NCBI GenBank assembly: GCA_900772695.1
Contig: CAAGRO010000442.1
Location: 1 to 42,981, forward strand
Length of the DNA stretch: 42,981 nucleotides
Direction: 5' to 3'
Origin: an uncultured Oribacterium sp.
Lineage (GTDB): Bacteria > Bacillota > Clostridia > Lachnospirales > Lachnospiraceae
Position 1 is the first letter of the stretch, and every line of letters begins with the position of its first letter. The notes under the pieces are model-generated. The model made no database searches, was not told where the DNA came from, and saw only the letters and a list, made by a program, of their open reading frames with translations. Shown piece by piece: positions 1 to 9,360 of this stretch. A program made the position numbers and the translations under genes.

Positions 1-26
1 AAAAATAATTTCTTCTCGCCAGAGTA

Positions 27-55
27 TTGTCAAAATAATATCCGTGTGGTACTAT
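27..55 (+). promoter_or_regulatory. Putative sigma-A promoter
   Basis: TTGTCA (27-32), 17-nt spacer, TACTAT (50-55), with an extended-10 TG. Confidence 0.55.
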
Positions 56-174
56 GTAGACACAAGATAAAAAAAGATTCGTTAACAGAAAATCTTCTGA
101 CGAGAAAGGAAGATTCAGACGTTAACAAAGTGGTGATCCGACAAATCACCGAAACGATAAAAAAGGAAGGAGGT

Positions 175-234
175 ATGAAAACGATGATTCCAGCACAGTT
201 CGTTGATAATATCTCCGGGCTTCACGAAAGATAA
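175..234 (+). CDS. Possible small ORF (19 aa, MKTMIPAQFVDNISGLHER) or gene remnant
   Basis: Strong SD-like AAGGAAGGAGG directly upstream of ATG 175 and downstream of a promoter; no recognisable homology. Confidence 0.25.
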   Translation: MKTMIPAQFVDNISGLHER

Positions 235-487
235 AATCCATCGATAACAGCGCATAAGCGGTCATGTTATTCAGCATCGGAGTGTTTCTCCAGATAAAGG
301 ATCTTTCATCAAGCCCGCGCGATATTATCATCTTTATAAAAACAAAATAGAACAGATATCCAGAAAAGATAGCACAAAGCTATTTTAACCATATAGGCTT
401 ATTACCTAGAGGAGATACTCCGTTGTACTATTAAGTTTTAAAATCGAATATGGAACAAAAAACACAAGCTTAAATGCTTAGCATATT

Positions 488-517
488 AAGAGGAATCCCA
501 GATGGGGTTCCTCTTTT
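488..517 (+). terminator. Intrinsic terminator
   Basis: AAGAGGAATCCCA-GA-TGGGGTTCCTCTT hairpin followed by T-run. Confidence 0.6.
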
Positions 518-632
518 CAGCTTCTGTTTCAATCGCTGCTCTTTCCGATCTGTCGCTCCCTCCTGATGGTTTATAGAGCGTGCATCCCTCCAGGCAGCAA
601 TCTACAGCCGTGACTTATATTCCATCCATCAC

Positions 633-665
633 AAAAGAGGCAGGCCTTTCGGCCTGCCCCCTCTT
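633..665 (-). terminator. Intrinsic terminator of lsrACDBF
   Basis: Minus strand GGCAGGCC-GAAA-GGCCTGCC followed by TCTTTT, just after the lsrF stop. Confidence 0.7.
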
Positions 666-681
666 CTCTTCATTCATCAGA

Positions 682-1560
682 TCAGTGAATGAGATCCTCA
701 TAAAACTCGAATGCTTCCTTATCTGTAAAGCCTTCATGTACTACCTTATGAACCGCCTGCGCCATCTCTACCGGGTGCTGGCTCTGGAAGATATTACGTC
801 CCATGTCTACACCACGTGCGCCCTTCTGGATCACTTCATAAGCCAGGGTCAGTGCATCCTTCTCTGCAAGCTTCTTACCGCCGGCTACGACGATCGGTAC
901 CGGACAGGCCGATACGACTTCTTCGAAGTGCTCACAGTTATAGGTCTTCACGATCTGACAGCCCATCTCTGCGATGATTCGAGTCGCCAGCTTGAAGAAA
1001 CGATCGGTACGCTCCATATCCTTACCTACGGCACATACGCCCAGGGTCGGGATGCTGTAGCGCATACCGGCATTGATCACCTTGCTCAGGTTATCGATGC
1101 TGGACAGCTGTCCATCTGCACCGATAAATACCTGTGATGCCATACAGTCTGCATTCATACGAATGGAATCTTCGATATCTACAGCTACGACTTCATGACT
1201 CAGGTCATCCTGCAGCATGCTCGAACCAGAGGATACTCTCAGTGCAATTGCATTGGTGAATTCCGGTTTTAAGCATGTGCGGATCGCGCCTCTTGTACCC
1301 ATAAAGCAGTCAACGTATGGAGCCAGCTTCGGCAGTAATAAATCAAGTCGCTCCAGTCCGGCTGTGCTGCCCATGAAATAACCATGGTCAAACGCAAACA
1401 TCACGGTGTTTCCGCTCTTCGGATTAAAGATATTTGCAAGATGATGCTTCATTCCCCAATCCAGATTATTTGCGCCCTTGATATAAAATCCATCCTGATT
1501 TGCAAATGGTGTATCTACATGATAATCCTTTGCTACTTTAAGTCCCTCTAAATCTGCCAT
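682..1560 (-). CDS. lsrF: 3-hydroxy-5-phosphonooxypentane-2,4-dione thiolase LsrF (class I aldolase fold)
   Basis: LDWGM...IFNPKSGNTVMFAFDHGYF...GLER N-terminus typical of LsrF; VKTY catalytic Lys; GVDMGRNIFQS; lsr context. Confidence 0.95.
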   Translation of the reverse strand: MADLEGLKVAKDYHVDTPFANQDGFYIKGANNLDWGMKHHLANIFNPKSGNTVMFAFDHGYFMGSTAGLERLDLLLPKLAPYVDCFMGTRGAIRTCLKPEFTNAIALRVSSGSSMLQDDLSHEVVAVDIEDSIRMNADCMASQVFIGADGQLSSIDNLSKVINAGMRYSIPTLGVCAVGKDMERTDRFFKLATRIIAEMGCQIVKTYNCEHFEEVVSACPVPIVVAGGKKLAEKDALTLAYEVIQKGARGVDMGRNIFQSQHPVEMAQAVHKVVHEGFTDKEAFEFYEDLIH

Positions 1561-1645
1561 CGATGTGTTTCCTTTCGACTATATTCAGTTTGTCACAACA
1601 TACATATCCTAAGTTATATTCAGTTACATTTGTAGTATTTATGAT

Positions 1646-2806
1646 TTAGAAATCATAATTGTTCATGTTCTCAGCGGTGAATACGAGACGCTCCGGAAGA
1701 AGAACGACACCGTTGTTCTCAGCACCGGTAGCTGCACCAGCGGAGATGCTTTCGTTTGCAAGTACTTCGCAGGAGCCGATCTCAGGAATATCGATCGAAT
1801 CGCCGACCTTCACAGTATTACCTGCAGCGAGGTATGCAGCGACATAGCAGCCCATCGCGCCCTGAAGCTTCGCATCCCAGAGACCCCAGTTGTAAAGAGT
1901 TCCGTTTGTGCAGTACTGCTTTACAGCGTTCGGAGTTGCGAAACCGGTGATGGTTACGTTGTCCTTATTATAGCCCTTGTTCTCTGCAGCCTGTAACTGG
2001 CCAGGAAGAGCAGTAGAGTCATTACAGATGATAACGTCGATATCCGGGTTTGCATCGAGAACAGCCTCACCTACCGTGATGGACTTCTCTGCATCCTGCT
2101 CGGAATAGTAGTTATCCGGGTGAACATTGGTCCAGTTCGGATAGGTCTCAGCGATGATTCTCTCGCCTTCCACCTGCCAGCTGTTCTGATCGGTTACGGT
2201 CGCCTGTGAATAGTGCCAGCAGTACTTGATTTCATCCTTCTCCGGATCCTTGCCTCTTGCCTTTAAGCCATCCGCAGCCATATCAACGAGCATCTGTCCT
2301 AAAACTTCCGGTGTTCCCTGGGAAACCATAAGGCTTCTATCCTCAACGTTTGCGTCCGAATCCCATGTGCTGACAACGATGCCGGCATCCTTCGCCTCAT
2401 TCAGTGCATCTGAAACGCCTGCTGCATCTACCGTGGAGATACAGATGGCATCTACGCCTGCAGAAATCGCCTGGTTGATAACGGATACCTGATCTGCTAC
2501 GGCTGCGCTGGAGCTGCCCATGTAGTTTACATTGATGTTCCACTTCTTTGCGAACTCCTGAGCACCATCATTGGCAACCTCGAAGAATGCGTTACCGGTC
2601 AGCTTCGGAATAAACGCAACGGTCTTTCCCTCTACGCTTGCACCGGATGTGCTCTCTGCTGCCGGAGCCTCAGTCTCTGCTGCAGCGGCTGTGGTCTCTG
2701 CCTTCGCTGCTGCGGTTGTCTCCGGCGCCTTGGTGTTTCCACCACAGCCTGCGAGCATAGATGTCAGCATCGCGCCCACTAATACGGTTGATAAAATCTT
2801 CTTCAT
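1646..2806 (-). CDS. lsrB: AI-2 ABC transporter substrate-binding lipoprotein LsrB
   Basis: Lipobox LAGC, Ala/Thr linker, FIPKL, WDSD, TVTDQNSW, IICNDSTALPG, GLWD motifs. Confidence 0.9.
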   Translation of the reverse strand: MKKILSTVLVGAMLTSMLAGCGGNTKAPETTAAAKAETTAAAAETEAPAAESTSGASVEGKTVAFIPKLTGNAFFEVANDGAQEFAKKWNINVNYMGSSSAAVADQVSVINQAISAGVDAICISTVDAAGVSDALNEAKDAGIVVSTWDSDANVEDRSLMVSQGTPEVLGQMLVDMAADGLKARGKDPEKDEIKYCWHYSQATVTDQNSWQVEGERIIAETYPNWTNVHPDNYYSEQDAEKSITVGEAVLDANPDIDVIICNDSTALPGQLQAAENKGYNKDNVTITGFATPNAVKQYCTNGTLYNWGLWDAKLQGAMGCYVAAYLAAGNTVKVGDSIDIPEIGSCEVLANESISAGAATGAENNGVVLLPERLVFTAENMNNYDF

Positions 2807-2861
2807 TACATTTCCTCCTTTGGATGTTTGATATGTATGTTTAGATATGATCTAACTTGGT

Positions 2862-3908
2862 TTATGCAGCTGCCTTCTGCCGCTGACTTTTACATTTTGC
2901 GCGGTAGTTTACAAACGCCGGATGTACCATCAGTGCACGTCCCAGCAGAACAACGACCAGCAGGATTCCGATCGGCGCATCCAGGTACTGTGCATTGATA
3001 CCGAAGCACAGCGGAAGTCCGAATTTGATCAGTCCGATAATGATGGTTGCCAGCACGGTGCCGAGTACATTTCCCTTACCACCGGTCGATAAGGTGCCAC
3101 CCAGCACGACGACGGTAATGATATTCATGGTGAATGTACTTCCAAGATCGGACTTTGCGATGTTGTAGTACGAGGTCAGAACGATACCTGCAATGGCTGC
3201 ACCGATCGCACTCAGTACATAGGTAGAAAGGACTACTCTCTTCGTATTGATGCCCGAAAAGCTGCCGGCATTCGGATTCACACCGACGAGAAAGATCTTG
3301 CGTCCATACTTGGTCTTATGAAGCACGATGCCCATGATGACAGCGACGATCAGAAAGACGATCGCCGGTCCCGGTGAGATCTTTCCGATTTTAAACTTGG
3401 TCATCGCTCTGAATGCATCCGGAAAATTCGTGATACCCATATAGGACGGTGTATTACTCATGGTGGATACCATCAGCGCAAGGCCTGCATACAGGAAACT
3501 GCCACCCAGGGTCGCCACCATCGCCTGCACACCACAGTACGCGATGAAGAATCCGGTCAGGATGCCACATAAGATGGCGATCACGACAGCCAGTGCGACC
3601 GCCGCCCAGATATTGAGTCCCCAGTCCTGCCATGCCACACCGATGATGATCGAGGTCAGTCCCACGATGGAGCCCGCCTGGATATCGATACCGCCGGTGA
3701 TCATGACCAGTGTGACGAAGATACCGATGATACCGATCGGAACGAAGTCGTTCATGCTGCGGAACATCGAAGAGACATTCAGGAACTTCGGATTGGTCAT
3801 GCCGAAAATAAGAATTTCGATCAGAATGACGGCGATCAGGAACCAGTTCCAGTTCAGCTTTACTTTCATCCTGGTTTTCTTTTCACTTGAAACATTTCCG
3901 CTCATCAT
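2862..3908 (-). CDS. lsrD: AI-2 ABC transporter permease LsrD
   Basis: RbsC/BPD_transp_2-type permease (GGIDI, VVLGG..GGKG); second permease before lsrB. Confidence 0.85.
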   Translation of the reverse strand: MMSGNVSSEKKTRMKVKLNWNWFLIAVILIEILIFGMTNPKFLNVSSMFRSMNDFVPIGIIGIFVTLVMITGGIDIQAGSIVGLTSIIIGVAWQDWGLNIWAAVALAVVIAILCGILTGFFIAYCGVQAMVATLGGSFLYAGLALMVSTMSNTPSYMGITNFPDAFRAMTKFKIGKISPGPAIVFLIVAVIMGIVLHKTKYGRKIFLVGVNPNAGSFSGINTKRVVLSTYVLSAIGAAIAGIVLTSYYNIAKSDLGSTFTMNIITVVVLGGTLSTGGKGNVLGTVLATIIIGLIKFGLPLCFGINAQYLDAPIGILLVVVLLGRALMVHPAFVNYRAKCKSQRQKAAA

Positions 3909-4924
3909 GCATTTTCTCCTTCCGCCACCATATCATCCCGTGTTCTTGCCTGCAGTCTTTCATGTCTTAACTTCATTCTGGAACGGATCTGCATGACAGA
4001 ATCGACGACGACGATCACGATCAGGATGCTTCCTGTAATCGCATCATTATAATTAGACGAGAAGCCCATAAATACCAGAAGGTAACTGATGGAGCTCATG
4101 ATGACCGCACCGATGGCGGATCCGATCACACTTCCCACACCACCGGTAAGACTGATACCACCCAGTACACAGGCGGCTACGGCGGTCATCTCATATCCAT
4201 TACCACTCGAGGTGGTGACGATACCGATACGGCTGCAGAACAGAATGCCTGCAATCGATGCCATCACAGAGCAGACGATATAGGACAGAAACTTGGTCTT
4301 GACCGGATCGATACCGACCAGCTTCGCACCATCTGCATTATCTCCGACTGCCTTTACATATCTTCCCTTTCGGGTTCTGGTGAGAAGAAGATGGATGATG
4401 ATCGTAAGAATCAGCGCTGCGATGAAATAATAGGTAATCTTGATGCCCGGCAGTGCCTTCGCGGAAATATCCTTAAAGCTCTTCGGAATATTATTTACAT
4501 CTGCACCATTCGTGTAGATAAACATCAGGCCTCGTAAGATACCATTTACACCTAAGGTAAAGATCAGCGAAGGTGCTTTCATAATCGCCACACCGAAGCC
4601 GTTGATGCAGCCGACGATGATACCGATCAGAATTCCGACCGCGAAAGCAAGCGCCCAGCTTGCGCCGTTACAGATCATGGAACCCACGACCACAGCGGTC
4701 ATGCCGAGGCAGGAGCCTACCGATACGTCGATCTCTCCGACCATGATGGTAAATGCCATACCTACCGATATAATGACGAAAACAACCGATGAATTAAAGC
4801 AGGCGGCGATATTGCTTACTGCCAGAAACGCCGGATTGATACAGCCAACCACTGCAAAAAGCAAAATCAGGAAAAAGAAGCTCGTCATTTCTCTCTTTTT
4901 CAAGAGTGTCCGTAAACTGTTCAT
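3905..4924 (-). CDS. lsrC: AI-2 ABC transporter permease LsrC
   Basis: IDVSVGS, AACVLGGISLTGGVGS motifs; directly after the ATPase. Confidence 0.85.
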   Translation of the reverse strand: MNSLRTLLKKREMTSFFFLILLFAVVGCINPAFLAVSNIAACFNSSVVFVIISVGMAFTIMVGEIDVSVGSCLGMTAVVVGSMICNGASWALAFAVGILIGIIVGCINGFGVAIMKAPSLIFTLGVNGILRGLMFIYTNGADVNNIPKSFKDISAKALPGIKITYYFIAALILTIIIHLLLTRTRKGRYVKAVGDNADGAKLVGIDPVKTKFLSYIVCSVMASIAGILFCSRIGIVTTSSGNGYEMTAVAACVLGGISLTGGVGSVIGSAIGAVIMSSISYLLVFMGFSSNYNDAITGSILIVIVVVDSVMQIRSRMKLRHERLQARTRDDMVAEGENA

Positions 4925-6438
4925 TATTCTTTCTCCTTTCCAACAACACCGAAGGAAGCTCTCGTGAGATTCTCCTGATTGATTTCTGATCGTTCAAACT
5001 CACAGTTCAGTCGTCCCTGGTGGATGGTCACTGCCCGGTCGCTCAATTCGATAATTTCCTCCATATCGGATGAAATCAGCAGTACAGCCAGGCCTTTCTT
5101 CGACAGACCCTTGATGATGTTATAGACATCGGTTCGTGCACCTGCATCGATCCCTCGTGTCGGCTCGTCCAGAATGATCAGCTTCGGGCCGGTCGCCAGT
5201 GCATGTCCGATAACCACCTTCTGCTGGTTACCACCGGAAAGACTTCCCAGTTCCTGATCCTGTCCGGTTACCTTGATACGGAAGTCATCGATGTACTGCT
5301 GTGTCAGTTCTTTTTCCTTTTTTGTATCCAGGAAAACCTTTCCCATGAAAGATTCACCCAGGATTCCGCTTGTGATGTTATACGCAACCGATGAGATTTT
5401 GAAAATGCCATCGGCATGTCGATCCTCGGAAACATAGTTGAGGCCGGCCTTCATCACCTTCTGTGTACTCAGTCCGGTGATATCCTGTCCGTCCAGATAA
5501 ACTTTACCGCCCAGCACCTTATCCATACCGAAGATGGTCTGTGCCATCTCGGTTCGTCCGGCACCAACCACACCTGCAACACCCAGAATCTCGCCAGGAT
5601 ACACCTTCAGAGAAATATCCTTAAATCCATAGCCGCTGAAGTTCTGAAGCTCCAGTACCGGTGCTTTCGTGTAATCAACGTTTGTTTTGCTTACGACTTC
5701 CTGCTGATCCGTGGCATCCGGTAACAGTCCCTTTACCAGTGCGGCCTTCGTGAATTCTTCGATCTTCCCCATCAGGGTGATACGCCCATCCCGCATGATA
5801 CCGACATCCGTCGAGATTTCAAACACCTCATCCAGACGATGGGTGATGTAGATGATGCCGATCCCCTGTGCCTTTAAGTCCTTGATCACCTTGAACAGGC
5901 TCTCTACTTCCTTAAAGGTAAGTGCACTGGTCGGCTCATCCAGAATCAGGATCTTCGCGTGTCTCAGCAGTCCGCGCAGCAGCTCAACCAGCTGCTGCTC
6001 TGCGATCGAGAGTGTATTCGCCTTCCGATTCAGCTCCAGGTTCCAGCCGATGTTCTTCATCGTATCCACCAGTTCCTTATGAAGTTCCGCCTGTGGTCTG
6101 GTAAAACCGATGAGGATATTTTCTTCCACACTCATATTCGGAAAAAGCAGTGGCTCCTGCGGCACCATGTATACGCCGCTGGACAGTGCCTCCGTCGTTT
6201 TTCCTGCCGTCATCTCCTTACCGTCGACGAAAACCTTTCCACTGTCATGTGTATAGATGCCCATGATGATCTTCATTAAGGTACTTTTACCAGCACCATT
6301 ACCTCCGATCAGGGAAAGGACTTCTCCAGCTTTCAGGCTCAATGTCATGCCCTTCAGAACTGCATTATCACCAAAGGATTTATAAATATCGCAAACCTGC
6401 AGCAGATTTTCAGCTCCTGGTTTATTGTTATTCTCCAT
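4924..6438 (-). CDS. lsrA: AI-2 ABC transporter ATP-binding protein LsrA (two ABC domains)
   Basis: Walker A GGNGAGKST, LVPQEP-like MVPQEPLLFPN, LSGGNQQK, DEPTRG; start moved to ATG 6438 behind a GGAGGGG RBS. Confidence 0.9.
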   Translation of the reverse strand: MENNNKPGAENLLQVCDIYKSFGDNAVLKGMTLSLKAGEVLSLIGGNGAGKSTLMKIIMGIYTHDSGKVFVDGKEMTAGKTTEALSSGVYMVPQEPLLFPNMSVEENILIGFTRPQAELHKELVDTMKNIGWNLELNRKANTLSIAEQQLVELLRGLLRHAKILILDEPTSALTFKEVESLFKVIKDLKAQGIGIIYITHRLDEVFEISTDVGIMRDGRITLMGKIEEFTKAALVKGLLPDATDQQEVVSKTNVDYTKAPVLELQNFSGYGFKDISLKVYPGEILGVAGVVGAGRTEMAQTIFGMDKVLGGKVYLDGQDITGLSTQKVMKAGLNYVSEDRHADGIFKISSVAYNITSGILGESFMGKVFLDTKKEKELTQQYIDDFRIKVTGQDQELGSLSGGNQQKVVIGHALATGPKLIILDEPTRGIDAGARTDVYNIIKGLSKKGLAVLLISSDMEEIIELSDRAVTIHQGRLNCEFERSEINQENLTRASFGVVGKEKE

Positions 6439-6488
6439 TATGATCTCCCCTCCGTCATTTTGGGTACTTTTGTTCAAATGATGAACTT

Positions 6489-6517
6489 ATATTAACGCCG
6501 TCACTATTATTTGTCAA
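6489..6517 (-). promoter_or_regulatory. Promoter of lsrACDBF
   Basis: Minus strand TTGACA (6517-6512), N17, TAATAT (6494-6489). Confidence 0.65.
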
Positions 6518-6588
6518 CATAACCAGCGTGTATTTCTAATATTTTATTGTCCAGTTTAACAACAAGAAGAATGAACACTTTATTTATA

Positions 6589-6617
6589 TTGACATTTTGC
6601 ACAATGCTCTTTATACT
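6589..6617 (+). promoter_or_regulatory. Promoter of lsrRK
   Basis: TTGACA (6589-6594), N17, TATACT (6612-6617). Confidence 0.75.
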
Positions 6618-6690
6618 TTTGGTAAACATATTTTTATGCCGTGAACTTTTGTTTCGTTCGGCCATCGATTTTTATATAGAGGGTTTCGCC

Positions 6691-7632
6691 ATGGAGCAGA
6701 GCTATAACTACGAAGAAGAATTAATGATAAAAATCGCCTGGTACTACTATATCGAGAACCTGACACAGCAGGAAATCGCGAAGCTTCTGGGCATTAACCG
6801 TATCAAGATCCTGCGTCTGCTCGATAAGGCAAAGGAAAACGGATTCATCACCTTTCAGATCCGAAACAGCAGTACCCGTCGTTTGAATATGGAAAAGGAA
6901 TTCAAGGATCTGTTTCATTTAAATGATGTCCTGATCATTCCCTCGCCGCCAACCGGTGATTCTTTAAACGATTCCCTGGCGCAGGCAGCGTCCATGTACA
7001 TCAACCAGCGCATCAAGGATAATTCCTATATCAATATGGGATATGGCGATACGCCGAGCCGGATACTGAACTATCTGGCGCAGCGCTCGGAAAGCCCGAT
7101 CAATGTCATCTCCCTGACCGGTGGTGTCAATTACTACCTGCCGAATACGCAGTCCAGTATTTTCAACGCCCGTCTGCACCTGATCCCGAGTCCGCTGATT
7201 CTGAGTTCTTCCTCTATTATGGAAGAACTGAAAAAAGAAAATGATATCCAGCGCATCGCAAACATGGCCATGATTTCCGATTTCACCGTGATGGGTATCG
7301 GCGGCATGGACACGAGTGCTGCCACGATTATAAAGAACGCCATCCTGACGCCGGATGACTATCTGTTTTTGCAGAAGCAGGGTGCCGTGGGTGATATTTT
7401 AAGTCACTTCATCGACATCCATGGACATCTCATCGACAGCGACCTCGAGAAGCGCCTGATGAGTCCTCCGCTGAGCAAGATCGAGAACTTCAGCAATGTC
7501 GTCGGTGTCGCCGGTGGTCCGCACAAGGTTGAAGCAATCTATGCTACCCTGATGGGCAGCTATCTCGATGTCCTGATCACAGACGAGAACACGGCTGCCT
7601 CTATTCTGGAGCTATATCAGAACAAACAATAA
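6691..7632 (+). CDS. lsrR: SorC-family transcriptional repressor LsrR
   Basis: IAWYYYIENLTQQEIAKLLGINRIKI HTH plus sugar-binding domain (GAVGDIL, VGVAGG); ATG 6691 lies downstream of the promoter. Confidence 0.9.
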   Translation: MEQSYNYEEELMIKIAWYYYIENLTQQEIAKLLGINRIKILRLLDKAKENGFITFQIRNSSTRRLNMEKEFKDLFHLNDVLIIPSPPTGDSLNDSLAQAASMYINQRIKDNSYINMGYGDTPSRILNYLAQRSESPINVISLTGGVNYYLPNTQSSIFNARLHLIPSPLILSSSSIMEELKKENDIQRIANMAMISDFTVMGIGGMDTSAATIIKNAILTPDDYLFLQKQGAVGDILSHFIDIHGHLIDSDLEKRLMSPPLSKIENFSNVVGVAGGPHKVEAIYATLMGSYLDVLITDENTAASILELYQNKQ

Positions 7633-7665
7633 TCATATATTTCGAAAGAAAGGATGGTTCATCAA

Positions 7666-9228
7666 ATGAAGAAATATTTAATGGCGATCGACGCCGGAAC
7701 CGGAAGCGTACGTGCGGTTCTCTTCGATGTAGAGGGTAATCAGATCGGCTGCTCCCAGCACGAGTGGACGCATAACGAAGACCCGCGTTTTCCGGGCAGC
7801 ATGGACTTCGACTGGACCTTCAACTGGAAACTGGCCAGCAGCTGCGTGCGAAATGTACTCGCCGAAACCGGCATCGACCCGACAGATATCGCGGCGATTT
7901 CGACCACCTGTATGCGTGAGGGTATCCTCCTGTACGATCAGGATGGAAACGAGATCTGGGCCTGCGCCAATGTCGACGCCCGTAGCACAGATGAAGTAGG
8001 GGAACTGATTCGGATGGATCCGGATCTCGAGCTTGCGCTGTATCAGAAGTCCGGTCAGAGCTATGCGCTCAATGCAATCCCTCGTATTCTGTGGGTAAAG
8101 AACAATCTCCCGGAGATTTACGAAAAGACCGCAAAGGTCGGCATGTTTAACGACTGGCTGATCTACAAGCTGACCGGCGTACTCGCCGTCGAGCCGAGCA
8201 ACGGCTCGACCACTGGTCTTCTGGATCTGCAGACCCGTGCATGGGATACCGACATCGCTGCAAAGTGTCATCTGCGCACCGATATCTTCCCGGATGTCCT
8301 GGAATGCGGATCGATCGCAGGTGCTGTCACCGCAAAGGGCGCTGCCGAAACAGGTCTCGCAGAGGGAACACCGGTCGTCGTGGGTGGCGGTGACTGTCAG
8401 CTCGGTACCATCGGTGTCGGTGCATGCAAACCGGGTGAAGCTGCGGTATTCGGTGGCAGCTTCTGGCAGTATGAATTTAATACCGACAGCGGAAAGACGG
8501 ACCCATACGGACGCGTCCGTGTAAACTGTCATGCGGTACCCGGTGTTTGGCAGTACGAGGCACTTGCGTTTAAGCCGGGTCTCGTGATGCGCTGGTTCCG
8601 CGATGGTTTCTGTCAGGAGGAAAAGAGAAAAGCAAAGGAAATCGGTGACGATCCGTACAATCTGATGAATCGTGAAGCCGAGAAGATCCCGGCCGGATGC
8701 TATGGCATGATGTGCTGCTTCAGTGATGTGATGAACTTTATCAACTGGAAGCATGCTGCGCCGACCTTCACAAATTTCGAGCTTTTACCGGAGAAGTTTA
8801 ACAAGTATACCTTCTACCGCTCAATCCTGGAAAATACCGCGATGCTGGTGAAGGGGCATATCGAGCTCGTTAAGGAAGCCACCGGAAACGAACCGGACAA
8901 GCTGATCTTCGCCGGCGGTGCATCCGTCAGTGATTTATGGTCACAGATTCTCGCCGATGTCACCGGAAAGACGGTGGTCACACCGGTCGTAAAGGAGGCA
9001 ACCGCGCTCGGTGCTGCCATTCTGGCCGGCTACGGCGTCGGAATCTATCCTTCCATCGCAGAAGGCGCTGCCCGCTGCGCAAAGGTCGATAAAACCTTTA
9101 CACCGAATTTCGAAAATAAAAAGATCTACGATGAGATGTATCCGGTATGGCGGGAGGTCTATAAGGCAAACCTCGCGCTCTGCGACCGAAAGCTCACGAA
9201 GAATATGTGGATCGCACCAGGCCTGTAA
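7666..9228 (+). CDS. lsrK: Autoinducer-2 kinase LsrK (FGGY family)
   Basis: YLMAIDAGTGSVRAV, VPGSMEFD-like FPGSMDFD, WACANVDAR, GGSFWQ, C-terminal WIAPGL; AAAGGA RBS (alternative start 7654). Confidence 0.93.
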   Translation: MKKYLMAIDAGTGSVRAVLFDVEGNQIGCSQHEWTHNEDPRFPGSMDFDWTFNWKLASSCVRNVLAETGIDPTDIAAISTTCMREGILLYDQDGNEIWACANVDARSTDEVGELIRMDPDLELALYQKSGQSYALNAIPRILWVKNNLPEIYEKTAKVGMFNDWLIYKLTGVLAVEPSNGSTTGLLDLQTRAWDTDIAAKCHLRTDIFPDVLECGSIAGAVTAKGAAETGLAEGTPVVVGGGDCQLGTIGVGACKPGEAAVFGGSFWQYEFNTDSGKTDPYGRVRVNCHAVPGVWQYEALAFKPGLVMRWFRDGFCQEEKRKAKEIGDDPYNLMNREAEKIPAGCYGMMCCFSDVMNFINWKHAAPTFTNFELLPEKFNKYTFYRSILENTAMLVKGHIELVKEATGNEPDKLIFAGGASVSDLWSQILADVTGKTVVTPVVKEATALGAAILAGYGVGIYPSIAEGAARCAKVDKTFTPNFENKKIYDEMYPVWREVYKANLALCDRKLTKNMWIAPGL

Positions 9229-9360
9229 GTAATGAACTGTGGAGCACAGACTTTTAAGCCTGTCCGCACCTGATTCATACATTTTCGGCTATATCCGATT
9301 TGTATAGTAACTTGTAGTGAAACTCAGATACCGAGTTCACAGAATAGAGAGGGAATAGAA

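Noticed and set aside
62..170. c-di-GMP-I or other known riboswitch
   Set aside because: Stems are present but I could not match the conserved core motifs
146..331. 61-aa minus-strand ORF
   Set aside because: No clear RBS or recognisable homology; AT-rich region
682..1560. Class I fructose-bisphosphate aldolase call
   Set aside because: N-terminal signature and context match LsrF; a class II fba is present at 29797-30660
6547..6690. N-terminal extension of lsrR (and the 6477 start of lsrA)
   Set aside because: The lsrR extension runs through its own promoter; RBS position favours ATG 6691 and ATG 6438
7678..8754. 358-aa minus-strand ORF, and similar long antisense ORFs (11332-12345, 16786-17832, 21996-23303, 30899-32176, 35241-36452)
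   Set aside because: All lie opposite well-supported genes and lack recognisable motifs
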